A stretch of 64,000 nucleotides of DNA from an uncultured Chloroflexia bacterium (GCA_963766735.1 CAVYBU010000004.1:64001-128000); one strand, 5' to 3'. Counted from the stretch's first letter, positions 1-10,277 are shown. The notes: generated from the sequence alone by a model not told the origin. Made by a program: numbers and translations.

Positions 1-141
1 CTAAGACCCTCGTGAGAAAGGGGACAGGCAGGCATGTACCACTCCGACTGACGCCTCGCGTGTGCACGCGCCCGCCACCTTCCCGGCGACGGCGCTCCTC
101 CTTGACGGCTCTCCGTTCACGTCATTCACGCGAGGTTTCCG
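1..141 (+). promoter_or_regulatory. Probable 3' part (P13 hairpin/expression platform) of a cobalamin riboswitch leader; the aptamer would lie upstream of the window
   Basis: Hairpin CCCT-CGTGAGAA-AGGG at 7-22. 9-bp complementarity between 54-62 and 127-135 covers the btuF SD. Directly upstream of btuFCD-cob genes. Aptamer core not visible. Confidence 0.45.
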
Positions 142-1176
142 ATGTCCCGATTCCGCCGAACGCCGGTGGCCGCGTCCCCAATCCTGGTTGCATTCCTGGT
201 CGCGCTGCTAGCGGGTGCCTGCACCGGCGGCGCGTCATCCACGCCCGACACGGCGCCCGGAACACCGGCCGACACCGTCCCGGCTGCCACCCCCGCCCCT
301 GTCTCCACACCTGCTCCCAGCGCGAGCCCCGCGGCCGCGTTCCCGGTCACGGTGACCGGCTTTGACGGCACCGAGGTGGTCATCGAGTCACGGCCGGAGC
401 GGATCGTGTCGCTCACGCCCGCCGCCACCGAGACCCTGTTCGCGATCGGCGCCGGCGACCGGATCGTCGGCCGGTCCGAGGATCCCAACCCCTATCCCGT
501 CGAGGCGGCGGACATCCCCGCCCTCACCAGCATGATGGCCGTGGACCTCGAACAGGTCGTGGCGCTCGAGCCCGACCTCGTGATCGCGGGCGGGCTCGGG
601 TTCACCCCGGACGAGGCGGTGACCCAGCTGCGGAACGCGGGGATCCCCGTGGTTGTCGTGTACGCCATGGATGTGGCCGGAGTGCTGGACGACATCCGGA
701 CCATCGGCAAGGTCTCGGGCGATGAGGAGGCCGCGAACGCCCTCGCCGACGGCATGCGGTCGGACATCGACGCCATCGCCGCGGCGGCCACCGCTACCGG
801 AGCGGCGCGTCCGAGCGTGTTCTACGAGATCGACGCGTCGGGCGACATCTACGGCCCGGCTGACAACTCGTTCATCGCCGAGATGGTCTACCTCGCGGGC
901 GGCGATCCGATCACGACCGGGAGCCCGGACGTGTACTCCATCCCGCTGGAGCGTCTCATCCAGGCCAACCCCGAGGTCATCCTGCTGGGCGATGCGGCCT
1001 ACGGGGTGACACCCGAGGCCGTTGCCGGCCGGACCGGTTGGGGAACCATGGCAGCAGTCGCGTCCGGGGCTGTCCGCCCGGTGGACGACGTCGTGATCAC
1101 GCGGCCGGGACCGCGCCTCGGTGAGGGTCTCCGCGCCCTCGCCACGGCGATCAACCCCGGCGTGACGCTGCCGTAG
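142..1176 (+). CDS. btuF: Cobalamin ABC transporter substrate-binding lipoprotein
   Basis: Lipobox LLAGAC; PERIVSLTPAATETLFAIGAGDRIVG; RPGPRL C-terminal motif; cob gene context. Confidence 0.85.
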   Translation: MSRFRRTPVAASPILVAFLVALLAGACTGGASSTPDTAPGTPADTVPAATPAPVSTPAPSASPAAAFPVTVTGFDGTEVVIESRPERIVSLTPAATETLFAIGAGDRIVGRSEDPNPYPVEAADIPALTSMMAVDLEQVVALEPDLVIAGGLGFTPDEAVTQLRNAGIPVVVVYAMDVAGVLDDIRTIGKVSGDEEAANALADGMRSDIDAIAAAATATGAARPSVFYEIDASGDIYGPADNSFIAEMVYLAGGDPITTGSPDVYSIPLERLIQANPEVILLGDAAYGVTPEAVAGRTGWGTMAAVASGAVRPVDDVVITRPGPRLGEGLRALATAINPGVTLP

Positions 1177-1186
1177 GCCGCGGCGG

Positions 1187-2269
1187 ATGACGGGCAGGGC
1201 GATGCGCCTGTCGCGACCCTGGACCGGGGTACGGCTGCGCATCGGACGGCTCGGGCAGCGGCCCGGGATGCTTGCCGCCGGTGGCGTGGTCGCCCTGCTG
1301 GTCGTGATGATGCTGGCCGTGGCCGCCGGCTCGGTCAGCATCGAGCCGGCCACGACCCTGGCGGTCATTCTTCGTGCCATCGGTCTCCCGGTCACGGAGA
1401 CCTGGGCGCCAAGCACGACGGTCATCGTCATGGACCTGCGGGTCCCGCGGGTCCTGACCGCCGCCGTGGTCGGCGGGGGCCTCGCGGTCGCCGGCGCCAC
1501 GTTCCAGGGCCTGCTCCGCAACCCGCTGGCCGACCCGTACGTGCTGGGCTCGGCGAGCGGCGCCGCCCTGGGAGCGGCGATCGCGGTGCTCATCCCCGTC
1601 CAGATCGCAATCCTCCAGCTGGGACTCCTGAACCTGCTCGCCTTCGCCGGCGCGCTCGGCGCAACGGCCGCGGTGGTCGCCATCGGGCATGCCAGGGGGA
1701 TGGGCTCCATGACCACCCTGCTGCTGACCGGCTACGCGATCAGCTCCCTGCTGGCTGCAGGCCTGGCGATGGCCATGTACGCCTCCGGCACGGAGCTGCG
1801 CCAGATCTTCGACTTCCTGCTCGGCGGCCTCAGCGGCTCAACGTGGACACGGCTGGCCATCGCAGCACCGCTCGTGATCGGGGCCACGGTGGCGATCCAG
1901 TGGCGCGCGGGCGCCCTGGACGGCATGCTGCTCGGCGAGGAGGCGGCCGCGCACCTGGGCGTGAACGTCGGTCGGGAGCGCACGGTCCTGCTGGGCCTCG
2001 GCTCGCTGGCGACGGCCGCCGCGGTCGCGATCAGCGGCCTGATCGGTTTCGTCGGCCTGGTCGCCGCACATGCCGTCAGGCTGGTGGTGGGACCCGAGGC
2101 ACGCCGCGTGATCCCGCTCTCTGCCCTCTTCGGCGCGATCCTCCTGGTGATGGCGGACCTCATCGCGCGGCTCCTGGGCGAGATCCCCGTGGGCGTCGTG
2201 ACGGCCTTGATCGGCGCCCCGATCTTCGTCTGGCTGCTGGTCCGCAGCCGGTCCGCCTACGAGGTATGA
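1187..2269 (+). CDS. btuC: Cobalamin/FecCD-family ABC permease
   Basis: LRVPRVL, FQGLLRNPLADPYVLG, GLIGFVGL, EIPVGVVTALIGAP motifs. Confidence 0.88.
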   Translation: MTGRAMRLSRPWTGVRLRIGRLGQRPGMLAAGGVVALLVVMMLAVAAGSVSIEPATTLAVILRAIGLPVTETWAPSTTVIVMDLRVPRVLTAAVVGGGLAVAGATFQGLLRNPLADPYVLGSASGAALGAAIAVLIPVQIAILQLGLLNLLAFAGALGATAAVVAIGHARGMGSMTTLLLTGYAISSLLAAGLAMAMYASGTELRQIFDFLLGGLSGSTWTRLAIAAPLVIGATVAIQWRAGALDGMLLGEEAAAHLGVNVGRERTVLLGLGSLATAAAVAISGLIGFVGLVAAHAVRLVVGPEARRVIPLSALFGAILLVMADLIARLLGEIPVGVVTALIGAPIFVWLLVRSRSAYEV

Positions 2270-3147
2270 GCGCGATGGCCGAGACCACCGACTCCGCGCC
2301 CAGAACCTCGGACGCCGCCCTCCATGCCGGCGACCCGCCGTCCATCCGGCTGGCCGGGGTGAGCGCCGGGTATCGCGGCCGCCGGGTGCTCCACGACCTG
2401 AACCTCGAGATCGCGCCGGCCGAGCGCATCGTCCTGGTGGGCCCGAACGGCGCCGGCAAGTCCACCATGCTGCGCGTCCTGACGGGAGTGGTGGTACCGG
2501 ACACGGGCACGGTCCACCTGGGCGACGATCTGCTCGCCTCGTTCGACCGGCGGTCGATCGCCCGCAGGATCGCCGTCGTGCCGGGGGGCGCCACTCTGCC
2601 GTTCTCGACCCAGGTGGCCGGGGTGGTGGCCCTCGGCCGGCTTCCGTACATGGATCCGTTCCACGGACCCGGCGAGGCGGACCGGCTTGCCGTCGACGTC
2701 GCCATCGAGGCCACGGGGATCGGCCACCTCCGCGACCGCGACGTGCATGAGCTGTCGCTCGGAGAACGCCAGCTGGTCCTGGTCGCCATGGCCGTCGCCC
2801 AGCACACCCCGATCCTCATCCTCGACGAGCCCACGGTGCACCTCGACCTCCAGCACCAGGTGGCGATGATGGAGCTGCTGGCGACCCTGAACCGCGACCA
2901 CCGGATGACGGTCATCGCGGTCCTCCATGACATCGCCCTCGCGGCGCACTTCTTCGACCGGATGGTCGTCCTGGACAAGGGACGGATCGTGGCCGACGGC
3001 GCGCCGGAGCACGTCCTCACCGGCGGCACCCTGCGCACGACGTTCGGCGTGGAGCCGGCGCTGTTCGCCAGCCTCGCCGGAGCGCTTGGCGGGCCTGCCG
3101 CGAACGGGCATGGGCCTACCCTGGACCCGCCGGGCGCGGACTCGTGA
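2266..3147 (+). CDS. btuD: Cobalamin/siderophore ABC ATP-binding protein
   Basis: Walker A GPNGAGKST, signature LSLGERQ, Walker B ILILDEPT; ATGA overlap with the permease stop. Confidence 0.88.
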   Translation: MSAMAETTDSAPRTSDAALHAGDPPSIRLAGVSAGYRGRRVLHDLNLEIAPAERIVLVGPNGAGKSTMLRVLTGVVVPDTGTVHLGDDLLASFDRRSIARRIAVVPGGATLPFSTQVAGVVALGRLPYMDPFHGPGEADRLAVDVAIEATGIGHLRDRDVHELSLGERQLVLVAMAVAQHTPILILDEPTVHLDLQHQVAMMELLATLNRDHRMTVIAVLHDIALAAHFFDRMVVLDKGRIVADGAPEHVLTGGTLRTTFGVEPALFASLAGALGGPAANGHGPTLDPPGADS

Positions 3148-3184
3148 GCAGCAACCCTGCCCCGCCAACGCCGGGCGCGACGTC

Positions 3185-4003
3185 GTGAGCAGCAGCCCCG
3201 CTGCGTCCTCGCCGGGCCTGGACATCGTGGCCGAGATCCGCGCCGCAACGGCGCTCCTGACCCGGCTGCCGGTCCGCCTGCCAGAGGGCAGGACCGGATC
3301 CGCGGCCTTCGCGGCCGTGGGTGCCGCGCTCGGGGCGCTGGCGGCCTTGCCCGCCGCCCTGCTGGCGGGGATCGCCCCGGTCCTGGGCGCGATGCTCGCG
3401 CTGGGCGCGATCGAGCTCGCGACGGGCTTCCTCCACCTCGACGGCCTCGCCGACACGGCCGACGCGCTCGCGGCCCCGGATCCGTCGCGTGCCGAGGCGG
3501 CCCGGAAGGACCCCCGGATCGGCTCTGCCGGCGCGGGCGCCATCGTCATCGTCCTGGGTGCCGCGGCGGGAGCCCTGGTCGCGATCCCGGCCTCGGCGGT
3601 GGTCGGAGCGCTGGTCGTGGCGGGAGCCGCGTCGCGAGCGGTCCCGGCCGTCGCCGCTCCCCTGATCGGCCGGTCAGGGGCACCGGAGCCGGGATTCGGG
3701 GCCTGGTTTGCAGCTGGGTCGGGACGCGGCGGAGCGGTGGCCTCGCTCATCGTCAGTGGCGTTGTGACCATCCTTGCCGCCACGGCCGGGTGGATGCTGG
3801 CGCCGGGCCCCGGGCCGGACACGGTCACCGTTGTCGCGCCCGTCCTGGGCCTCGCCGCCGGCCTGGCGGCCGGGCTGGCCCTGTGCGCCGGCCTCCGGGC
3901 GCGGTTCGGCCACCTCGTCGGCGACCACTACGGGGCATCCATCGAGGTTGGGTTCCTGGCGGCGCTGGCCGCCCAGGCGATCGCCTGGGGCGTGGTGAGG
4001 TGA
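3185..4003 (+). CDS. cobS: Adenosylcobinamide-GDP ribazoletransferase (cobalamin synthase)
   Basis: LLTRLP, TGFLHLDGLADTADAL, KDPRIGSAG, GHLVGDHYGA motifs; start approximate. Confidence 0.88.
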   Translation: MSSSPAASSPGLDIVAEIRAATALLTRLPVRLPEGRTGSAAFAAVGAALGALAALPAALLAGIAPVLGAMLALGAIELATGFLHLDGLADTADALAAPDPSRAEAARKDPRIGSAGAGAIVIVLGAAAGALVAIPASAVVGALVVAGAASRAVPAVAAPLIGRSGAPEPGFGAWFAAGSGRGGAVASLIVSGVVTILAATAGWMLAPGPGPDTVTVVAPVLGLAAGLAAGLALCAGLRARFGHLVGDHYGASIEVGFLAALAAQAIAWGVVR

Positions 4004-4635
4004 GCGCTGCGCCGCGCGAGAGCGGGAAGCTGATCGCATTCGCCCGACACGGTGAGACGGCCTGGACGGGCAAGCGGTTCGCCGGTCAGAGCGACCTCCC
4101 GCTCACCGACCGCGGACGTGAGAGCGCCGCGTCCCTGGCCGCCCGCGTCGTGAGGTCCGGCGTGGTGGACGACCCGGCATCGGTCATCGTCGCGAGCCCG
4201 CTCCGCCGCGCCCGGGAGACCGCCCAGATCGTGGCGGAGGCCGTGGACCGGCCGGTGGAGACCGATCCTCGATGGATGGAGGTGGGCTTCGGCTCCGTCG
4301 AGGGCCTCACCTTCGACGAGGCGAGCATCGCCTGGCCGGCGATCACTGCCCGCATGGGCGCGGGCGACGTGGCGGTCGACTGGCCGGACGGCGAGACATG
4401 GCTCGGCGTTCTCGAGCGAGTTGCCGCGGCCCTCGATGACGTCCTCGGGCGGGACGTGCCGGTCCTGGTCGTCGGTCACGGCATCGCGATCCGGGCGGCG
4501 CTCACGGTGCTGGTGGGCACGACCGCGGAGCCGGACAGCATCCCCGGGCTGTCCCCGGCAGGATTGATCGTCGCCAGGAGGTCGTCCCGAGGCTGGGTCC
4601 TGGAGACGCCCGGAGTCGATGGGGACCAGGCCTGA
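4000..4635 (+). CDS. cobC: Histidine phosphatase family protein, probable alpha-ribazole phosphatase
   Basis: RHGET, SPLRRARETA, EVGFGSVEG and HG motifs; located between cobS and cobU. Confidence 0.75.
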   Translation: MSAAPRESGKLIAFARHGETAWTGKRFAGQSDLPLTDRGRESAASLAARVVRSGVVDDPASVIVASPLRRARETAQIVAEAVDRPVETDPRWMEVGFGSVEGLTFDEASIAWPAITARMGAGDVAVDWPDGETWLGVLERVAAALDDVLGRDVPVLVVGHGIAIRAALTVLVGTTAEPDSIPGLSPAGLIVARRSSRGWVLETPGVDGDQA

Positions 4636-5270
4636 TGGGCCGCCTGGAGCTGGTCACGGGTGGGGCGCGGAGCGGCAAGAGCGCATTCGCCGAGGGCCGC
4701 GCGCTCACGCTGGCGGAGGCACGGGGCCCGGCGGCCGTCGTCACCTACGTCGCCACCGCGCTCGCCTCCGACAGCGAGATGGAGGCGCGGATCGCCCATC
4801 ACCGTGCACGACGCCCGACGGCGTGGCTGTCGGTGGAGGCCCCGATGCAGCTCGCGGAGGCCCTCGTGGATGCCTGCGTCTCCTCCGACGTGGTGCTGGT
4901 GGACTGCCTGGCGGTGTGGACGGCCAACCGCCTGCTTGCGCTCGGCGATCCCGAGGCATCGGACGGTCCGTCCCCGCCGGCCTGGTGGCGGGAAGTCGCC
5001 GAGCTGGAGGTGATCCTCGTGGCGGAATGCGAGGCGGCGCTCGACTCGGTCGGTATCGGCACCGCGGACGTGGTCCTCGTCACCAACGAGGTGGGCCTGG
5101 GGCTGGTGCCGCCGACGCCGATCGGGCGCGCCTACCGGGACCTCCTCGGCCGCCTCAACCAGCACCTGGCGCGCCGTGCCGATGCCGTCCACCTGGTCGT
5201 CGCCGGCTTCGCGCTCGACCTTGCCACCCTCGCCACCCCGATCCCCAGAGGAGATGACCTTGTCCGCTGA
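4635..5270 (+). CDS. cobU: Bifunctional adenosylcobinamide kinase / cobinamide-phosphate guanylyltransferase
   Basis: VTGGARSGKSAFAE, RIAHHRARRP, VTNEVGLG, YRDLLGRLNQ. Confidence 0.93.
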   Translation: MGRLELVTGGARSGKSAFAEGRALTLAEARGPAAVVTYVATALASDSEMEARIAHHRARRPTAWLSVEAPMQLAEALVDACVSSDVVLVDCLAVWTANRLLALGDPEASDGPSPPAWWREVAELEVILVAECEAALDSVGIGTADVVLVTNEVGLGLVPPTPIGRAYRDLLGRLNQHLARRADAVHLVVAGFALDLATLATPIPRGDDLVR

Positions 5271-6339
5271 CGACCTCCATGCGAGGATCGCGGCCACCAT
5301 CGCCCGGATGCCGCTGCCCGACGAGGCGGCGGCAGCAGCAGCGCGGGAGCGCCAGGTCCAGCTCACCAAGCCGGCCGGCAGCCTCGGCCGCCTGGAGGAC
5401 CTGGCCATCCAGGTGGCCGCGACGACAGGCCGCCCGCGCCCGCGCCTGCCCCGCAAGGCGGTGGTCGTGATGGCGGCCGATCACGGCGTCACCATCGAGG
5501 GCGTGTCCGCGTATCCCGCCGACGTGACCCCCCAGATGGTCGCCAACTTCCTGCGCGGGGGCGCAGCCATCAACGCGCTCGCGCGGGTTGCCGGCGCGCG
5601 GGTCGTGGTCGTGGACATGGGGGTGGCGGTCGAGATGCCGGCGCTCCCGGGGCTCGTGTCCGCGCGGGTGGGTCCCGGGACGCGGAACATGGCTGCCGGC
5701 CCGGCGATGACCCGGGACGAGGCGGCCCAGGCCGTGGCGACGGGGATCCTCATCGCCGAAGGGCTCGTCGCCGACGGCGTCGACCTGGTCGCAACGGGTG
5801 ACATGGGGATCGGCAACACCACCGCGTCGGCCGCCATCACGGCGGTCATCACCGGGACCTCGCCATCCCTCGTCACGGGCCGGGGGACCGGCATCGACGA
5901 CGAGGGCCTCGCGCACAAGACGTCCGTCGTGGAGCGGGCGATCGCGGTCAACGCCCCGGACCCCGCGGACGGCCTCGGCGTGCTCGCCGCCGTCGGCGGC
6001 TTCGAGATCGGCGGACTGGCCGGCGTCATCCTGGGGGCCGCCTCGCTGCGGGTGCCCGTGCTGCTCGACGGGTTCATCTCGGGCGCCGCCGCACTCGTCG
6101 CCGCGACCATGTGCCCCGCCGTGCGTCCCCATCTCGTCGCGTCACACCGGTCCGTGGAGCTCGGCCACCGTGCGGCGCTGGAGTGGCTCGGCCTGGTCCC
6201 CCTCCTGGATCTCGACCTCCGCCTGGGCGAGGGAACGGGCGCCGCCCTGGCGATGCCGGTGATCGACGGCGCCCTCGCGGCCCTCGACGAGATGGCGACC
6301 TTTGCCGAGGCTGCCGTGGCCGGTCCGCTCGAGGCCTGA
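5254..6339 (+). CDS. cobT: Nicotinate-nucleotide--dimethylbenzimidazole phosphoribosyltransferase
   Basis: LTKPAGSLGRLE, ADHGV, GDMGIGNTT, GRGTG, LRLGEGTGA; SD GAGGAG. Confidence 0.95.
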   Translation: MTLSADDLHARIAATIARMPLPDEAAAAAARERQVQLTKPAGSLGRLEDLAIQVAATTGRPRPRLPRKAVVVMAADHGVTIEGVSAYPADVTPQMVANFLRGGAAINALARVAGARVVVVDMGVAVEMPALPGLVSARVGPGTRNMAAGPAMTRDEAAQAVATGILIAEGLVADGVDLVATGDMGIGNTTASAAITAVITGTSPSLVTGRGTGIDDEGLAHKTSVVERAIAVNAPDPADGLGVLAAVGGFEIGGLAGVILGAASLRVPVLLDGFISGAAALVAATMCPAVRPHLVASHRSVELGHRAALEWLGLVPLLDLDLRLGEGTGAALAMPVIDGALAALDEMATFAEAAVAGPLEA

Positions 6340-6404
6340 TCCGGCGTCGCGGATCGAGTCCGCCCGAAGCCTGGTCCGAGGTCGTGGGCCGACTCGGCCC
6401 GCAA

Positions 6405-6450
6405 GTTGCGCACAACGCGTCTTGACCTCGTCCCAGGTGCGTATTACGCT
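6405..6450 (+). promoter_or_regulatory. Sigma70-type promoter of the IclR gene with an adjacent imperfect palindrome
   Basis: TTGACC (6422-6427)-17 bp-TACGCT (6445-6450), 7 nt before the ATG at 6458; GTTG-CGCA-CAAC at 6405-6416. Confidence 0.6.
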
Positions 6451-6457
6451 GCCATCC

Positions 6458-7222
6458 ATGGCACGGATCCAGTCGCTCGACCGCGGTCTCCGCATTCTCG
6501 ATGCGCTCGCCGAGGCCGATGCGGACCCGGTGCGGCGGGACCGCGGCGTGCCGCTCTCGGTCATCACCGCTGAGCTGGACGTCCACAAGACCACCGCCCT
6601 GCGCCTCGTCCAGACGCTCGTCGCATCCGGCTATGCCGCACCCGCGGAGGGTCGAGGCAGCTACCGGCTGGGACCTGCGATGAGCCGGGACCATGACCTC
6701 GCGGCCGGGACCGAGCGCCTGAAGCGCATGGCCAGGCCGTACCTCGAGGACCTGGTGGTCCAGACCGGGGAGTGCGCCCACGCGGCCGTCGCCGACGGCG
6801 ATCGGGCGCTGGTGATCGACGACGTGGAGACGGACCAGCCGCTACGGGTTGTTCCCGCACCCGGCCGGCACGTCCCGCTCCACTGCACGTCGGCCGGCAA
6901 GTGCCTGCTGGCGTTCGGGTCGGCCGAGATGCCGGAGTCCCTTCCGCAGCGGACGGCACGCACGATCACCAGCGCGACCACGCTTCGCGTGCATCTCGGT
7001 GAGATCCGGGATCGGGGCTACGCGGTCGACGACGAGGAGAACGATCCCCACACGCGCTGCATCTCGGCTCCCGTGTTCGGGACGAATGGAATGCCGATCG
7101 GCTGCATCGGCATCGACGCACCCAGCGTCCGGCTCACCGCCGAGCGCATCCCCGCAGCAGCGGCGCTCGTCGCGGACGCGGCCCGACGGCTGTCACACGC
7201 ACTTGGAGGCGGGCGCCCGTAA
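6458..7222 (+). CDS. IclR family transcriptional regulator
   Basis: IQSLDRGLRIL HTH N-terminus, PLHCTSAGKCLLA, RGYAVDDEE, CISAPV. Confidence 0.92.
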   Translation: MARIQSLDRGLRILDALAEADADPVRRDRGVPLSVITAELDVHKTTALRLVQTLVASGYAAPAEGRGSYRLGPAMSRDHDLAAGTERLKRMARPYLEDLVVQTGECAHAAVADGDRALVIDDVETDQPLRVVPAPGRHVPLHCTSAGKCLLAFGSAEMPESLPQRTARTITSATTLRVHLGEIRDRGYAVDDEENDPHTRCISAPVFGTNGMPIGCIGIDAPSVRLTAERIPAAAALVADAARRLSHALGGGRP

Positions 7223-7264
7223 CAGCGGGCTTCCCGGACGATCACAGGTCCTGGAGGATTGGGC

Positions 7265-9175
7265 ATGACCACGATTCGACTCACGACCGGACAGGCGGTC
7301 GTCAACTACCTGGCCAACCAGTACGTCGAGCGGGACGGCATCGAGCACCGCTTCTTCGCCGGCCTCTGGGGCATCTTCGGGCACGGCAACATCGGCGGCG
7401 TCGCCCAGGCGGTCCAGCAGGCGGAGGCCGGCTTCCCGTACTACCTGTGCCGGAACGAGCAGGCGATGGTCCACGCCGCCGTGGGCTACGCCAAGCTCAA
7501 GAACCGCCTCGGTGCGTTCGCGTGCCTGACCTCGATCGGGCCCGGCGCGACCAACATGGTCACCGGCGCCGCTTCGGCGACGATCAACCACGTGCCGGTG
7601 CTGCTGCTCGCGGGCGACGCCTTCGCGGAGCGCGTCCAGTCCCCCGTCCTCCAGCAGCTGGAGCACCCGGGATCACAGGACACCAGCGCGAACGACACGT
7701 TCCGCCCTGTCGTCCGCTACTGGGACCGGATCAACCGACCCGAGCAGGTGATCACGGCGCTGCCCGAGGTCATGCGGATCCTGACCTCGCCCGCCGACAC
7801 GGGCGCGGTCTTCCTCGGCCTGCCGCAGGACATCCAGACCTACGCGTTCGACTTCCCGGAGGAGATGTTCGCGAAGCGGGTCTGGTCGATCGCGCGCAAC
7901 CGGCCCGACCGCGGCCTCGTGGAGGCTGCCGCACGGTGGATCCGCGAGAGCCGGCGCCCCGTGATCTTCGCTGGTGGCGGCGTCCGCTACAGCGAGGCGA
8001 CCGACGCGCTGCGGAGCTTCGCCGAGCAGACGGGGATCCCCGTCGCGGAGACCCACGCAGGCAAGGGCTCGCTCCCCTACGACCACCCCCTGAGCCTCGG
8101 CGGGGCGGGCGTCTCGGGGACGCTGGCCGCCAACATCATCGCGCCCGAGGCGGACCTGGTGATCGGCATCGGGACACGGTTCACGGACTTCCCCACCGCG
8201 TCCAAGACGGCGTTCCAGGATCCGGACGTCCGCTTCATCAACATCAACGTCGCCGAGTTCGATGCCTTCAAGCACGCCGCGGTGCCGCTGGTCGGCGACG
8301 CCCGGGCGACGCTGGAGGAGCTGGCGGTGGCCGTCGGGGACTTCTCGACCGCGCCCGAATACCGGGAGCGTGTCGCTGCCCTGAACAAGGAGTGGGACGC
8401 CGAGGTGGAGCGCGTGTACGCCCACAGCGTCGGCGACATCCTCACCCAGGGCGAGGTCATCGGCGCCGTGGAGGCCTCCGCGGATGCGCGCGACGTGGTC
8501 GTGACGTCCGCGGGCAGCCTGCCGGGCGACCTGCTGAAGCTCTGGCGCTCGCGCGACGCCGCCAGCTACCAGGTGGAGTACGGCTACTCGACCATGGGCT
8601 ATGAGATCGCCGGCGGCCTCGGAGCCAAGCAGGCCGCGCCCGACCGCGAGGTCTACGTGATGGTCGGCGACGGCTCGTTCCAGATGATGAGCTCCGAGAT
8701 CACCACCGCGGTCCAGGAGGGTCTCAAGCTCATCGTCGTTCTCGTGGACAACAAGGGCTTCTCCAGCGTCGGGCGCGTGTCCGAGCAGGTGGGCGCCGAG
8801 GGCTTCGGCTGCCACTACCGTCTCCGGGGACCCTCCGGTGCCTACGACGGTCCGGAGATGCAGCTCGACTTCGTCAGGATCTGCCAGGGGATGGGCGCCA
8901 AGGCACTGGAGGTCAAGACCCTCCCCGACCTCCGGGCGGCCCTCGCGGACGCCCGCGCCGGCACCGAGACGGTCTGCATCGTGGTCCAGACGGACTGGGA
9001 CGAGCGGGTCCGCGGCTACGCCAACTCCTGGTGGGAGATGGCCACGCCACAGGTCTCGGAGATGCCCGCGGTGAACGCCGCCCGCGAGGAGTTCGACCGC
9101 AACAAGGGGCGCCAGCGCTACCTGATGATCCCCGGCGCACCCTACTCCCGGGCGTCGGCCGACACGGACTCCTAG
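7265..9175 (+). CDS. iolD: 3D-(3,5/4)-trihydroxycyclohexane-1,2-dione acylhydrolase, copy 1
   Basis: TIRLTTGQA, GIFGHGN, RNEQAMVH, TSIGPGATN, EYGYSTMGYE, TPP motif GDGS. Confidence 0.93.
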   Translation: MTTIRLTTGQAVVNYLANQYVERDGIEHRFFAGLWGIFGHGNIGGVAQAVQQAEAGFPYYLCRNEQAMVHAAVGYAKLKNRLGAFACLTSIGPGATNMVTGAASATINHVPVLLLAGDAFAERVQSPVLQQLEHPGSQDTSANDTFRPVVRYWDRINRPEQVITALPEVMRILTSPADTGAVFLGLPQDIQTYAFDFPEEMFAKRVWSIARNRPDRGLVEAAARWIRESRRPVIFAGGGVRYSEATDALRSFAEQTGIPVAETHAGKGSLPYDHPLSLGGAGVSGTLAANIIAPEADLVIGIGTRFTDFPTASKTAFQDPDVRFININVAEFDAFKHAAVPLVGDARATLEELAVAVGDFSTAPEYRERVAALNKEWDAEVERVYAHSVGDILTQGEVIGAVEASADARDVVVTSAGSLPGDLLKLWRSRDAASYQVEYGYSTMGYEIAGGLGAKQAAPDREVYVMVGDGSFQMMSSEITTAVQEGLKLIVVLVDNKGFSSVGRVSEQVGAEGFGCHYRLRGPSGAYDGPEMQLDFVRICQGMGAKALEVKTLPDLRAALADARAGTETVCIVVQTDWDERVRGYANSWWEMATPQVSEMPAVNAAREEFDRNKGRQRYLMIPGAPYSRASADTDS

Positions 9176-9179
9176 GGTC

Positions 9180-10277
9180 ATGGACACGCCCGATACCGCG
9201 TCCAGCCTCCTCCTGGACACCGTGCGCACCACTCCCACGGAGTTCTGGAACGATTCGTGCGCCTCCGATGAGCTGGAGCACGCGATCGCCGACGGCGCCA
9301 CGGGCGCCACCTCGAACCCGCCGCTCGTCCTCGACGTGCTGCGCAGGGAGCCGGAGCCCTGGGCCCGCCGGGCCCGCGAGCTGTACGCGGCGTTTCCCAC
9401 TGCAACCGAGGCGGACCTGTCGTGGCGGATCGCGGAGGAGATCGCGGTCCGCGGAGCGAAACTGCTGGAGCCGGTCTTCGAGCGGACCGCGGGACGCCAG
9501 GGGCGCCTGTCGATCCAGGTGAGCCCCGTGCTCTACCGCGACGCCGGGGCGATGGTCGAGCAGGCAGCCCGGTTTGCCGGGCTCGCTCCCAACCTGCAGG
9601 TGAAGCTGCCGGTGACGACCGCGGGCATCGCCGCGATCGAGGAGGCGACGGCCCGGGGTATCAACGTCAACGCGACGGTCAACTTCACGGTGGCGGGCGC
9701 CATCGCGGTGGCCGAGGCCGTGGAGCGGGGGCTTGGGCGCCGGGCGGCCGGCGGTCACGACGTGACGATCCTCCACCCGGTCTGCACGCTGATGGTGGGC
9801 AGGCTGGAGGACTGGATGAGGGTGGTCTGCGAGCGCGACGGCATCCTGATCACCCCAGGCCGCACGGACTGGGCGGGCGTGGCCGCGTTCAAGCGTGCCT
9901 ACGCCATCTATCGGGAGCGCGGGTACCGGACCCGCCTCCTGGGTGGGGCGTTCCGCAACCACCTCCCGTGGTCACAGCTCATCGGCGGGGACATCGTCCT
10001 GACGATCCCTCCGGCGTGGCAGCGGCTGGTCAATGCGTCTTCGATGGAGGTCGTGTCCCGGATCGACGAGCCCGTGGATGACGCGATCCTCGCGGAGCTG
10101 CTCGACAGGATCCCCGACTTCCGGCGGGCGTACGAGCCGGACGGGCTGGCGCCGGGCGAGCTGGAGGGCTACGGCGCCGCCGTCAGGACCCTGCGCCAGT
10201 TCGTCGCCGCCTACCATGACCTGCAGGCACAGGTCCGCGACTTCGTGCTCCCAAACCCCGATCGCCAGGCCCGCTGA
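9180..10277 (+). CDS. Transaldolase-family protein (atypical active site), copy 1
   Basis: FWNDS, GATSNP, catalytic Lys in VKLP, NVNATVNFT, GRLEDW. Confidence 0.85.
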   Translation: MDTPDTASSLLLDTVRTTPTEFWNDSCASDELEHAIADGATGATSNPPLVLDVLRREPEPWARRARELYAAFPTATEADLSWRIAEEIAVRGAKLLEPVFERTAGRQGRLSIQVSPVLYRDAGAMVEQAARFAGLAPNLQVKLPVTTAGIAAIEEATARGINVNATVNFTVAGAIAVAEAVERGLGRRAAGGHDVTILHPVCTLMVGRLEDWMRVVCERDGILITPGRTDWAGVAAFKRAYAIYRERGYRTRLLGGAFRNHLPWSQLIGGDIVLTIPPAWQRLVNASSMEVVSRIDEPVDDAILAELLDRIPDFRRAYEPDGLAPGELEGYGAAVRTLRQFVAAYHDLQAQVRDFVLPNPDRQAR

